A stretch of DNA of 64,000 nt from the NCBI GenBank assembly GCA_051294905.1, contig CM119372.1, positions 16,740,001 through 16,804,000 of the forward strand. The letters are read 5' to 3'. This stretch comes from Botryllus schlosseri (taxonomy: Eukaryota). Shown one piece after another: positions 50,979 to 64,000 of this stretch. The translations under genes and the position numbers were made by a program. Within the stretch, counting starts at the first letter, position 1. Every line of letters starts with the position of its first letter. The notes under the pieces are model-generated. The model had not been told where the DNA came from. It saw nothing but the letters and a program-made list of their open reading frames with translations, and searched no databases.

Positions 50979-51879
50979 CAGGGGTGGCCAACCTTTTTGG
51001 CCAAAGTGCCGCATGTGGTTTTACGAACAATTGCACGGGTCACCTAAGTATTGATGATCTTCTGTTTATGGATAGATTAGGTAACGGTGAAAGCGAAGAC
51101 TTACGTTACTACGCACCAAAATCGCTGACATTTATGTCATGAAAAACCAGTGTTCGCTCATGTTCTATCCGCGCGACGCGCGAAAATATTTCAAAGTTGA
51201 CGAATGAATCCGGTCAATAATATCGGTACTTGCATATTGCTTGTTTTGCGGGTCCCAATTGTACCGCGTGGATCAGATTGCAATGGCAGGTTTCCGCTAA
51301 CGCACCTTGACCATTTTGGGTCAACACTTTATCGATCGATCTTTCTGGGAGCTCAATCGTGGAGTCACAGGCTTTCCTTCTACCACATTTTATATATCGT
51401 GGTGTATCCTAACTTGACGATGACTGGCGCCGAAATGCCTGTCCCGCGTGCTGCACACCACTAGACTGAAACATCCCACAGGATTGCGGTGATATAGGGG
51501 ATATTCTGTTCTCCCATATTTGAGAATACAATTAGACTCAATTCTGTATATTAGGCTATGTTTTTCGGGAGGGTTACTAAAAAGAATAAATCTAGAGCTA
51601 CGTAATCGCAGGAAGTATTTTCATATACAAATATTTACGTAAATTTGTGGGACATGGGCCTTTTCGTCTCCCTGGCTACTCCAATGCATCGAAACTGCTT
51701 CTTCTTTAGTCACCAGCACCCCAAATGTCGCGGTAGGACTAATCACAGCTTTGGTTGACCTTGAAAGTTCATAAAACTTGACGTTGGCAATTCATTTTTC
51801 TGTAATTTAACTGTAATTTCGATAATTATCATGCGGGCCACTCAAATCTTTCCCGCGTGCCACGGGTTGGTCACCCCTA
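50979..51879. mobile_element. Non-autonomous hAT/Buster element (901 bp) in g5 intron 1
   Basis: TIRs caggggtggccaac/gttggtcaccccta; perfect TSD gtatagac. Confidence 0.88.
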
Positions 51880-52332
51880 GTATAGACTGTCGCGGGTCGT
51901 ACGAAATCGTCCCGCTGGCCCTATTTTGGGCCCACGGCTTTAGGATATACTTATCCTTCGTGCGAGGTTCTAAATCGCCGAATTCCCCCGCTAGGAGAAT
52001 GATATTGTAATGTAACAAGAATTCCCACCACATTAGGAACCTCTGTTATTACAAAAACATATTCACGTCAAAATGTAAATGTGTAAGGGTTTCCCTTGAT
52101 CCTTGAATGAAGAGATAAGAATATGGAACCATAATGGATGGCAGCGGTATGTCACTTGGAAATGTGATGTGAATTGCATTTGTACCTTATAGAGGGGTTA
52201 TTTCGCGGTATTTACATTTATCTCATTATTATTATATCATCATATGTTGTATAAGGAAAATCATGTTTACATCTAAAGTTCTAAACGATTCACGGATAGG
52301 AAATGTCAGTAGCGTCGGAGAGGTATACTTAC

Positions 52333-52618
52333 GCTCGTCTGCCGGGCGTTTTATAGCCTTCGTGCTCTTTTTAACCCTTTTATGTCCTTTGCCATGATGA
52401 ATACACCTACTGCCTGTCACTGTATGTGTGTCTGAGATTGATTCCGTTTGATTTGACCATATCTCCTGAGAGTTATTTACTAGCGAAATGTTCGTGATGA
52501 CCAAATTATCCCCAGTTCCGTCTTTTACGGCATACGGGAAGCCATCCACCGCAAAGCTCAATGATACGACCAGACAGGCGCAGAACGTGCCGAGAGACTT
52601 TAGCTTACTACGTTCCAT
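52333..52618 (-). CDS. IL17: IL-17 family gene g5, coding exon 1 of 3 (signal peptide and N-terminal region)
   Basis: Signal peptide MERSKLKSLGTFCACLVVSLSFAVDG, N-glycosylation sequons NIS/NNS/NQT, and a consensus donor GAC GAG C|gtaagt (phase 1) that joins the 91-nt exon in frame. Confidence 0.85.
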
Positions 52619-52630
52619 CTGTTCGATATT

Positions 52631-52926
52631 CTATTGACATGTAAATCAAACGCAAATAAATGTCATCATCGGTTGAGATATTTCGTTTCCTGCGAGCACA
52701 GCGAGCACTACACATGCCGTGGATTGCCGCAAACTTCGGTACTGCATAGCATGAACGAAAAGGTGCGTTTAATCGCATTATGCGTGACAAGCGCGCCGTA
52801 AGCATCTTATTTTCCTTGCACTAACGCGTAAAGTTGTTGACAATTCCAGCCGCGAAGAGATTTGTCACACCAACACTAGCGATGACGAAAATCGTTAATG
52901 AGAAACGCACTGTACTAGTTCCTTAC
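52631..52926 (-). other. Candidate 5'UTR intron of g5
   Basis: Strong minus-strand donor gag|gtaagg at 52926. The acceptor is either aatag (52631, 12-nt leader) or the cag directly before the ATG (52619). Confidence 0.4.
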
Positions 52927-55900
52927 CTCACTACCTAAGATATGACTCGGATCAACGCCATGGAAGGAAGAACATTTATCATTGTTCCACCTACTTTCAA
53001 TCAGCAATCTGAATTCATTTGCGTAAGTATTTAATCTTGCTACTGTATGTGCGAATGCGGCGCAAAGACTGTAGCCACTTGACCATACATTTCGAAGTTG
53101 CTTAGATACCATAATTATACGCGTTGACCTTTAGATCACACGGCGGATGAGCTCGACGCATTATTTTCACTTTCTAGCTGTTCGTAGTTGAACATATTAT
53201 TCGCGAATGGGAGAGCAGTGCGTCTACACGAGAATTTAAGCAATCAAGACTTTTATGTAGGCGAATACCTAACCCACATTACCCCATAATTCGTGATTTC
53301 TTTTCTCGCTTAGTAACCAAAAAAGGGGAATTATATGTTATATTGGAACACCGGAATTTTGTATTACCTCGTCGAATGCAACATTACGAAATAGGTTATT
53401 GTTTTATCGAAAACAAGGTTCTGTTTCATTTGCTTAGATAGCTACTGAACAGATATCCAATGCTCACTCAAAAACAGAACAAACATTTCATAAGGCCGGG
53501 GAGGTGAATTTAGCCCTCGTCAACGGAAGTGTCGAGTAATTCACAAGGCCGACAAAAACATGCATAAAATAGATATAATCATGCAATAGCTGCCTTTAAT
53601 GACGTTAATAATTTCATTATATGCGATAAGAACTCTTTGTCAATCCCTCAACTCGATAATGAATGCAAATCCCTCCCTCCCAGACCCCAACTCTTTTCAA
53701 AACTGATGCACAGAACGTTCTTGCCCATTACCGGCCGTCGTGTACGATTAAAGTGTTGGCGGAAGAGAATACCATATATCGACTATGACCGTAGCAATCA
53801 GGTACCATCAGATATAACAGATCAATGATAGTAAAAAACGAGTAGCCCTTTCACAATATCCCCAGTTAGCACTCAAGGCGGTTTGCAACAGACGAGCACA
53901 GTATTGACTTCCAATTAATACTAGGACACTCGATTCTGCTACGGCTAAGATCATTGCAGTTTATGTCACCATAGCAAACAATATCAGATCCATCGATTCA
54001 CAGTTATCCGAAGTATGTTACACTGCAAAATCCGTTTGCCGCAAAGAGGATAATCAGAGACAGTAGATGCGCAGGCGAATAACATAAATGTTGACCTGCA
54101 TGGCCTCTTTACTGATCCTACAATATAACGGTTGAATATGCTGCATCGTCATGCAGAACCATATACAATAATTTGAACTACTATAGATACATCTTTTGTG
54201 TTTCAACATGACAAATGCACACTGAGTTCTTCATTATTTATTGTCCGTGGCCCAAAAAGCCTTTAATATGGCCAAGCGACATTTTCTGCAGTTGTTTTCT
54301 ATAATATAATAATAATAAATTTTATGAGCACGTGTTTTCAACAAAGTGAAGCCCCGGTTGCTAATTCTGCCGCAAGACACAAGGCCCATTTAGGCCCATT
54401 TGAATTTCCCTAGTCTTGCTGCTGACTCGAATATAATCGAGGCCAATCCAAACATTTCTCAAACGTATCCCGGCATTTGTACGGATGTCTTGTGTATGCG
54501 TCACCGTTTGAGCAACACCAGAAAAACTATACAATCCCAGCGTAAGCAAATTCTCTATCCCGACGCCGCTAAAGCGCCTACACCGATGTAAACAAGTTGA
54601 CGGCGTGAAGTAATTACTGGTTAAGTATCAAGCGCTTCAGATCAAACGGATAATTCCTAACTCATGCAAATGCAATTTCGTGGCTCATCGAAAGTTGAAA
54701 ATTGTGTTAAACCGAACATGCCAATATGGCATTTAGCCAGAGCGACCGATTGTCTGGAGGTTTCTAATATAGGAGCGTGCGGTTAAGGGAATCGGTAAGG
54801 TTGCATAATACCGACATGCTATAACGTAATTTGCTAAATCCATACGGAAAACTATGCTGCTGTTCGAGAGTTAATTTACCGCCAAGTTTGTAGCGATTTG
54901 AAGCAAAACAATTTGCAACAGACTGCTGATTTCAACAGATGACTTCGTATTGCGTATATTAGGATTGCAACAAATTTCTGTCTAGCTTTTCGACCTGTCA
55001 CTCTTTAACAGCTACATAACAAATTATATTTTCGCCCTCTCATAGTTTATTATTAATTATTATTATTATATTCTTTATTCACAGTAAGAAACTGGTCAAT
55101 ACACACATAATCCGGGGAGCAACCTGCACCCAAAGGAAAATGGCGAGATTGGAGTAAATTTTTACAATTTCAGTAATACAGTCAAATTGTTATTCCTATG
55201 CAATACATGGAGAATTGCAGTAGATGAAGAATTGGCAAGGGTTATTATTATTATTATTATTATTGTTAAAAAACAAAAGACGAAGTTACAGTGACGCTAT
55301 TCGCATTAGAGCATATTGCGTCACTACAACATACATCATATAAAACACAATAATATTATGCAATGAATCCCTCGCTGTTTCGTGTCACTGTAAGCGCCTA
55401 TGTATTCACTATACGCGAGTTCTTAGTGTGGTATTCTGCCATCGGTCACCCTAATAACCGAAACCGAATCCTGCCTTTCACACTCCGATGTTGTTATATA
55501 CGGTCATTATCTGCTAAGAACTGTAAAAAATTCACGATGCTTGTACTAGAGCGAGAAGTTGACACGGCGCCTATAAATTTCTAGATCGCGTCTCCACGTG
55601 TAGGTCCATATTTACACGAAAGTAGAAATGTTTTAACTATAGTGACAAATCGCACGAGACACTTGAAAAAGTTGCTCATGCTTGTTGTCAAGGTGATGCT
55701 TTTCGTCGCAACGGTCAGGGATTAATGAAATCAGTTTCGTATCAAACTCTACAAGTGCCGTTAATCTCAATCCGAACGGCATTAATGATGAAATTTTGGG
55801 TAGATGGGTGTAATACCAGGGATTTCTAAAGTTTTAGAAATCCCTGGTGTAATACGTATAGGATGACCTATATTCTCTACAATATGCGTCCAACACATAT

Positions 55901-56036
55901 TATCCAACCGATTCTTTATCCTATACCTCAAACATATGTCGTAAGGTACGTTCGGTGTTTGTTTTGAACTATAAATCTAATCCGCGCGTTCACTACACAC
56001 TTTAAAGTCAATATATCACAAATATATAGCCAAATA

Positions 56037-56998
56037 GGGGAGATGTGGTACCGATGGATCCAAAATCGCAAAATGATCTCCGGCCCTCAAATCTTCAGCC
56101 GAGAATAGCAGATCTTTTGCCGTCTCAACACTTCGATACAAGCTCTACCTATTGCGGACATTTACATGAATATCCGCCTTTTCAAAAAATATTTATGGAC
56201 GTTTAAAATTTGTTGCTCGAACGTGTCATCGGTCCCCACCCGATGGGTCCAAAGGCACACGACCATGGGACCTATGAGACATACGCTCAAAAACTCAAAT
56301 TTGTTAACTTGATTGATTGTGTACCATAAGCTAAGCTACAGCCAGCCAACGAAGAATGATTCGTCGCGACCTTCAAGAATAAAATAGATTATATCAACTC
56401 AATTGTTGACCTAAAATCATGTTTTGATTTACGCCTAAACTTACAAAATTAATGCCACATACATATTACCCGCAAATCGACATTTTTACTTTTAAATACC
56501 TCGTAATAGCGATAAAACACCACAGGTAACTATGATTTACAGTCTATATATACGTGGACGAGTTTCTGTAGTTAAGTGATTAGTTGGTCCATCTATTTTG
56601 CTTGATTTGGCTATGGTACCATAGGTCCCCCACCCCGTAAATATTGTAATTGACTTGAAAATAGTCCACTCGAGGATGGTATTGATTCAAAAAATATGTG
56701 TCATTATATACCCTGATACAAGCCCTATACTTCACATCAAAAATTATGGCGGGTTTGTTAGTCTGAAAGGTGATATAGAAAAATGCAAATGTAGATCCAA
56801 ATTTACTTTACACCCCCTAAAACGTAAATCATTCGTCACAGACCCCATAACTTACGCAGGTCGAATTTTTTTGCATGTGAGGAAAGATTCTGTCAGCATG
56901 TAATTGTAGACAAATTCACGGAGTGTAATCATGGAATTATCATGGAGAATTTTTCAAGTATTTTCGGTCCCAGTGATCCATCGGTACCACATCTTCCC
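56037..56998. mobile_element. TA-flanked DNA element/MITE (962 bp)
   Basis: 24-bp TIRs ggggagatgtggtaccgatggatc/gatccatcggtaccacatcttccc (1 mismatch); TA on both sides. Confidence 0.82.
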
Positions 56999-58199
56999 TA
57001 CTTAACAATGTGGGTGTATAAGATATCTCGTTCTGTTGTATAAACCAGGGGTCACCAACTTGCCACCCACGATGTTGTTTTGAGCGACCGCGATAGGTTA
57101 ATATTTTTCAAAAGAGCGCTTGTCAACCAATGGGGTGGATACCGAAAATTTATTTCAATTTGCAGTCGCTGGCAAAGATCACACTAATTTGTTACCTCTC
57201 TAGCGCTCGGAAATACTTCGACTAATTTTTATTGAATTTACCGATCTGCGAAATATTTTGTTGGTGTGTTATCGTTGATGATCTGACAACCACTTGTAAT
57301 TTCTAGTATTTCAATTGTTTCTTTTCACTGAATAATTATGTCTGGGCTTTCCAAATTATTGTTGGTAATTCGAGAAATGTCGCTGTATTCGATTTCGGTG
57401 TCATTGAACGACGTAGTTGATAAGAAACAAGTCGTCGACTGAATCCATTATCGCTTTAGGTTTCATAAATTTGCGAATATTATTCTAAAAGGCAAAACCT
57501 GGGATGATACCACGTATAGACATTAAATATATCGTTCTAGAGGCGTGGATGCTCGGAAATCACAAAATCTACTGCAGTCTTTGCTTGCGAAACACCCGTG
57601 ATGTGGGATCACCGTAAACGCGAAAAAGGAAGATATGGTAAAGCGAGAACAGCTTCATTTTCAAAAGTTGGATTGTGGAGGGTTTCGATCTCCTGAATAA
57701 AGCTTCGAATCACAATTGTTGTTGAAACATCTCAACATCACAAAAGGTTATTTTACAGCAGTGGTTTCAACCTGGGGTTAGTTTGCCTGATTTCTGGGGG
57801 TCGCAAAGGTTCTGGCATATGTGTTGTGTTATTTTTTCTTCAGAATATCGAGTATGCCGCGAGTAAGTCTGGGTAAAGATGCTCACTACTTTTTCTTTCT
57901 TGTTTTATTTAGTAATCAGCTACACAAATAGTCCGTAAGTGGGTCTCGGAGTAGGTGCTGATTTTTTTTTTAATAATCACCTTACCAAATTTCGCGATGG
58001 GTCGCGAAACACTTTCAAATTCAAAATATACCATATAAGGTTGAAGATCATCGTTTTAAGACTATAATTGTTATTAGCTATTAGCGACGTTGCGTATGTT
58101 CTGCTCACTTTCGTGTTGGCAGCCGAGCCTTTGAAGGTCCTGCGCTATGAACATTTTTGTGAAACAGCAGAATTTCTCAGTAATCCGAACATCCTAGAA

Positions 58200-59392
58200 C
58201 AGAGGTCTCAAACACGCGGCCCGCCAGAGCATTTTGGGCGGCCCGCGACAACATTTTAGATTTTTATTAATTTGACAATATCCAAGTTTCACATCTATTT
58301 TTTCGGGTTAGAAAGTGAAAATTCCCTCTTAAGTTGCTCCGAAAGCCTGAAACTATTCATCAAACTTCACTATCACATCCATTTCAAACGCTACCATGCA
58401 GTGGAAGATTCACTATTACGTCACATTTCCAATTCATGATGACAAAACCTGACCCTTAGACGATTCGTGGCTGAAATTTGTGAGTTGGACTTGGACGCAA
58501 CCTTTCTTAGAGTTACTCGGACTCGGGCTAACCCTATGGCAAAATGAATATGACTCGAGTGGATTCGGAGTGATTCGGAATGCCGTGAATTTGTTAGAAC
58601 CGGCATGGACGCAACAAACTAATCGCGTATCAGGGAAATAGTAATAGATCAGAAGGTCGCAGCTTGGTATTTAACTAACTAAGCAAGTAGTTATGGCAAC
58701 CATTGGCAATCTGTTAGTTACATCTGTGGTCGCCAAACCATGTTATTAAGGCCACTTAAAGGTACCGAGTACCGTGGTGGTACACGCTCCAACGATGTAA
58801 CAACAATGGGCCGTTCAACGTTCCGACATTTCAGTCACTTGGACACATTCATTAATATATTATATTATATTTATATTTTTTCTGCACCTATATTAGAAGA
58901 TATTTGTCCATGAGATTAATAGCCGACTTCTCAGAATACCTGAATCCTGAATTGGAATTACAATGCTCAACTTGAAAATGTTTTGATATTAGATCAGTCT
59001 CTATTATCAATATGTTAAATTCAAAATATTCATAGTACCTGCAAAATTATAACCCGATAGCTTTTATGATGGCATCATATATTTGTCCGCCCATATGGTG
59101 TCTATATATTATAATTATTATATATCAAGTACAACAACAATTCCATTCAAATAGTTATAAATGTGATGATTCTTTTCGTGCCAGGCCTAAATTGATACAA
59201 GAGTAAATCACATTTTGACGATGTGTGTTTACTGTCAGTCTGCTGGATCGGCTCACGTTCCATAGGACAATTCATTCCCGCCAAACAAGGCCTACTTGGA
59301 AAGACATAGAATACCCCTATAAATACTGCGGCCCGCGGCGTCGTCAAAACTGGAAAACTGGCCCGCGAACACATTTGAGTTTGAGACCTCTG
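58200..59392. mobile_element. Non-autonomous hAT/Buster element, family B copy 2 (1193 bp)
   Basis: Same TIRs and orientation as 39192..40886; perfect TSD tcctagaa. Confidence 0.9.
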
Positions 59393-62300
59393 TCCTAGAA
59401 TAATGTTCCTTCAATTGCAACTTTCTATCACTCTCTGCAACAGTGACTGCAAGAAAGGAACTGAACACTAACTATAAGAGGAACCCAGGATATACGAATT
59501 TTTTTATTCATCATTCCGTTGTGAATGAGAATGACTCGCCCAGAACAGGGCTTCTGAAACTGGGGCACGCGAGAAAGTTCATTTTCTGGCACTGTGACAA
59601 TTTTCTCCAACAGCGATCTCAACTTTTAGGTGACATGCGAGAAAAAATAAAGCTTACTAAATCAAACGTTTAAGGCGTAAGAGTCCGCGTTATCTATTAC
59701 AGTGCAATGTAATGTTTTCTTCTTAACTACATTACATGCATAGCCTAATGTAGCTCTCGGATTATTTCTACCAAAACTAGTGTCATTCGCTTATTAGAAA
59801 GGCTGCTTGATTAGCACCATCTTTAGCGTCTTGCCTGTGTACAATGATAAGCAGCCTATAATCTAGGTTACCGCCGCTGATCGCTGTGAAGGGGATTTTC
59901 TGGGAAACTGATTTTGTGTTGCGCCAATCTAAGCTCACATTCCCTTCAGAATATTGATTTAGTATTGAGAGGTCGTAGCCATCCCCGGCAGTGTCAAAAA
60001 TGTGTGCAGAATCTTTGCTCCTACCCTCCACTTACAATTGTGAGCAAGGCTTTTCAATCGGTCCGTGGACATATGTGCATGATGAAGAACAAATTTCGTG
60101 CCTGTGTATCGGTTGAACATATAGGCTAGCTTAATTTGCGCAAGTGGCTTTCCAAAACAATTCAAATAAAAGATTTACTCGTGGAGAAGCATCAAGATCA
60201 TTAATCAAATGTATTAAATGATGTTTGAAAGTGCATACCTGTATACATTGTTAGTTGTGTTTTTTCGATACAATTGCGTACATTGTTTTTGCACTATTTT
60301 AAGGGGTAGCCTATACCTAGGGTTGTATTTAAAACAAATCATGGTTTTTAAAAATGCTATTTACAAAAAACAAAATTGTGTTTATTCAAGTTGTATAATT
60401 TGCCATATTTGTTTAAATACTTTCGAAAAACATATAGTATGATCCTACGGACGATTTGCACCCAACATTGCCGACATATACGATATTGAGTGGTTGAGAG
60501 ATATTTTTTGGTCCTTTTAAGACAGAAGTTTGAAGTCTTTTTGGTCAAAGGATTCATCTTTACCCTATATTTTCAATTGCGAATGTCCGTCCACTGTGAC
60601 GTCACAATTTAAAAACTATGATGTCATGACTGGAAAACGGGCCATGTTTTAAACGGGTAAGTTTTAAATTGATTTGTGTTTTAAATGCAACCCGAGGTAC
60701 GCCATACATGCAGATAAATCGAAGATGTACGCTTTGAAAAAATGGTTTGAGAACCTCGGGCTGAGAATATTTCGATCCAGTCACATCATCATGAGTGACA
60801 TAAATCGAATGACACCAAGCGTATTCAGATTAACGACAGCTACTCCTCCAATATCATTTGCAGACATGGGCTTAGTTAAGAAGGAAAAAGCGAGTTGTGT
60901 TCGAATTAGCATTTGCTACGTTAATGTTCGTGTTCACACAAACCAGAATAGTTTAGAGGGGTTCGTACCGTAACATTCCCTTCAAAAAGCATTTGACCTT
61001 GAATGTTGTTGCCTGTATTTATTACTACATCTATTGGTTAGCCGATCAACTGTTAAGCTCTGGGATATGATCTCTATATATAAACAACAGTGTAACTTTA
61101 ATTTTTACTATGATATTTTCGGAATCAAACATATGCTCATGGTCATCTCCAGAAGGCGCTAGAGAGGTTGTCAACACAACTTGAGATAAAGTGTCACATT
61201 GTCGGAATAATTTCAATATAAGAAAACGTAAGAGTTTCAACCCCGAAACCGATCAATCTATTCCATAATTTACGGAAGTACAAGCTACATTACAATCAAA
61301 GGCAATACAAGACGTTTATGATCAAATATAGAATACATTACTAATAATATTGCCACAACTAGTAGCTAAGCCCCATTACCCCCCATAATACCTAACTACC
61401 TACCTACCTACAACTAATCGATCACCATTTATGGCCATCTACTTAATCTCAAGGGTGTGTTACGCCTAAATGATCTTACTAAATGAATATAAGGTAAATT
61501 TGATCTTGACCCGAGACGACTGCTGCATATATTCCAGTGACATTCGAGAGTTTCAAGGTATGAGACGCTCCTTCTTAATGCGGTAAACAATTGGTCGATC
61601 TCGACCATGCAACACAGCGATGAGGATTGGCTGGAAATAAGTCGACATACGTCTATAGATAGATGCACGTTGAGTCGCCTGATAACTCCTCGTGGTCACT
61701 TGTTTGTTTTATAACATTTCCTAAAGACCCAACCACTCATCTTTTTAACATTAGTCAAAACAATAAAATACCGTAAAGATTCAGCAAATGTCGGGTTTTC
61801 ATTTCGGATATACAAGGTCGATCCAAATATTTCAGCGTTTTACAATTCGAAGCTGGTGCCATTGGCTTCACCGTGACTTTGATAGACCTAGTTGCACGCA
61901 CTCTGGGCATATAGGTCACAAACAAAGCATTGAAATTGGTTCCAAGTTTAAGTTGGCCTAAGTATATCGTACGACAACGCCAAAACTAATAAACGTCAAC
62001 GAATGAGATTATGAAAAGATTTGAGGATTAAATTTTAAGGAAAATTGCCTGAAGTCATTTTGAAATACATTTCCTTTCTAGCCATAGTATGAAATATTGG
62101 GCGGGTAATACGGTACTTCACAGATTTCGTTTGTCGTGGCGGAGATAGATGTCGCTACACTGCGCGAGTGCAATATGTAGGCTTTTGCCTCCTGTCTAGT
62201 GAGTGCATGTTCGTAGCTGATGGAATCGTGTTTTCATAGGGTTACCATGTTTTGGAATCGGGAAAGGAGGACAATTTTACTAAATCAGAAAAGTTAGTTG

Positions 62301-62715
62301 ATCAGCCGATTTCAAAAAAAGGTCACCACGTTCGTTGGACTCCCGATTTACTCAATTTTTTTTTAATGTAGTGGTGTTGACTACAAAAAATATCGTCACT
62401 TTCGATCGAACCACGAATTACCCGCTCGAAAGTCCGTATTTGCTATTTAGCGTCATTTAGGCCCATTTTCACTTGAATCTGTCCATTATCCTAGCTGTAA
62501 AAGCTGTAAAGGAGGACGAATCGCCAGTTAGGCGTCCTCGGATAACATTTTCAAAAACCGGAAAAATGAGGACAAATCCTCCTATAGGAAGACGTATGGT
62601 AACCCTATCTTTTTACGAGCAAACTTTCCGGTTTGTTACCATAAAACTCTCCAACATAACTTTTTATTTAACACGACTTTAATACTTTAAGAATAGCAAT
62701 CTATACTGTTGCAAT

Positions 62716-64000
62716 CAGGGCTGTAAAGTCGAAGTCGGAGCTCGTCTAATTTTTCGTCTGACGGATTCGAAGTCGGAGCCTCAAATTTTGTTAGCACGAC
62801 TTGGAGTCGGAGTCGGAGTCATGAAAACTATAATGGGTGGAGTCGGAGTCGGAGTCAAAGTCGTGAAAAAATACTGACTGGAGTCGGGGTCGGAGTTTGT
62901 GAAAATAACCCTGACTCCGACTCCGACTCCAACTTCGTTATTATGAAAACAGTTGCTTTCAAAGGTATCTTTAAACTAATAATATTAACTAAAATCGGAT
63001 TTTTATGTACCATCAATCACTGTTATTAGTAACGATATTGATAAAATTGGACATTATTTTCAAATGGCAATTCAGTTGCATAGAGGAAGAAAATCGCAAT
63101 ATGCATCTTCACGATGCAGTCACAAATTGATGCAATTTTTGGAATTACAACATGATGCTGTGACAGAGTAAATATATCGTATGGTTTTGTAAAATTGTAG
63201 CATTGATGCGAGTATAACTAAACGCTGCTTCCCACTTGACAAATATAAAAATATTTGTAGTGTAGCTCCGCTGCTTGGGTCGAACAAATGATTAAGAAAG
63301 ACTGCAAGTCTTAGTCCTTGAATACTTGACTAAGTACTTGTAGACTAGACATAAGCTATTTCACTACTTCCTAAATTTCGTTTCTGACCAATGTATATTA
63401 GTGGTGAGAGTGTGTGTGTGTGTGTGTTTGTAATCAATATAGTCTGCAATGAAAATATTAGTAAGTCACATCTCTGTATTAGTTGCTGACTCATGCACAT
63501 GTACAAGAGCTATACACTCCGATTGTTTTATCTACATTTTAATTATACAGGATTGGATTTATGTCATGTTTGAATGATTCATACATATTAGGGTATGAGG
63601 GAGTCCATGTTATAAAAACTTCTAAAATATGAAAAAGGAAGGATATTTAGAAACGCATTCATCCATGTTAATTGCATAAGGAATAATTCGAGCTGTGTCA
63701 CAATGAAGCAATTTTGCATGCCATCGTTAAATATACGTTTGCATATGTTCAATAGTTATATGATAGTCATTTCACCGTCACTGTAACATATAATTTTCGA
63801 AGTAAATTGGCAATGCTGTTGGAGTCGGAGTTGGAGTCGGAGTCGGAGTTCTCTTGAGAAAATAGTCGAAGTCGGAGCCGGAGTCGGAGTCGCTACGTTT
63901 GAAGACTCAGGAATCGGAGTCGGAGTTGGAGTCGTTATATTGAAAGTGTGTGGAGTCGGAGTCGGAATTGGAGTCAGTATAATGAAAATGTCCGGAGTGT
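62716..64000. mobile_element. hAT-like element with (GGAGTC)n subterminal arrays, truncated by the window end
   Basis: Starts cagggctgt; GGAGTC hexamer arrays at about 62725-62935 and 63820-64000; the right end is outside the window. Confidence 0.65.
63409..63427 (+). repeat. (GT)n microsatellite
   Basis: An uninterrupted gtgtgtgtgtgtgtgt run. Confidence 0.8.

Noticed and set aside
53637-53828. ORF with YIDYDRSNQVPSDIT, reminiscent of IL-17 DYDxNRxP
   Set aside because: No PW motif, wrong splice phase, and stops where the knot cysteines should be.
59783-60031. Minus ORF containing IFDTAG (GTPase G3-like)
   Set aside because: No G1/G4 motifs or supporting splice sites.

Overview
AT-rich, intron-containing animal DNA, most consistent with an invertebrate; the species cannot be fixed from sequence alone. 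No prokaryotic features, CRISPR arrays or true RNA genes are supported. The core of the window is a cluster of interleukin-17 (cystine-knot cytokine) family genes. Four tandem + strand genes each have two coding exons: g1 join(6262..6644,7953..8184) 204 aa; g2 join(13377..13984,14380..14620) 282 aa; g3 join(25308..26041,26589..26823) 322 aa; g4 join(31950..32677,38227..38476) 325 aa. A fifth, convergent - strand gene has three coding exons: g5 complement(join(43180..43417,50377..50467,52333..52618)) 204 aa; its cystine-knot exon is absent from the supplied ORF track. All five have a signal peptide and the same phase-2 intron inside the Arg codon of the DPNR/DPDR/QWNR motif. g1-g4 share an extra N-terminal C-x11/13-C (LRxxC) module, and g2-g4 carry long pro-/mucin-like extensions. 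A probable decayed sixth paralogue lies at 19484..19780 (-). Introns and spacers are packed with non-autonomous hAT elements (several with verifiable 8-bp TSDs), a TA-flanked element, tRNA-derived SINEs and foldback repeats. Some TE pairs bracket subsets of the genes as direct repeats, and one pair sits inverted inside a single intron.
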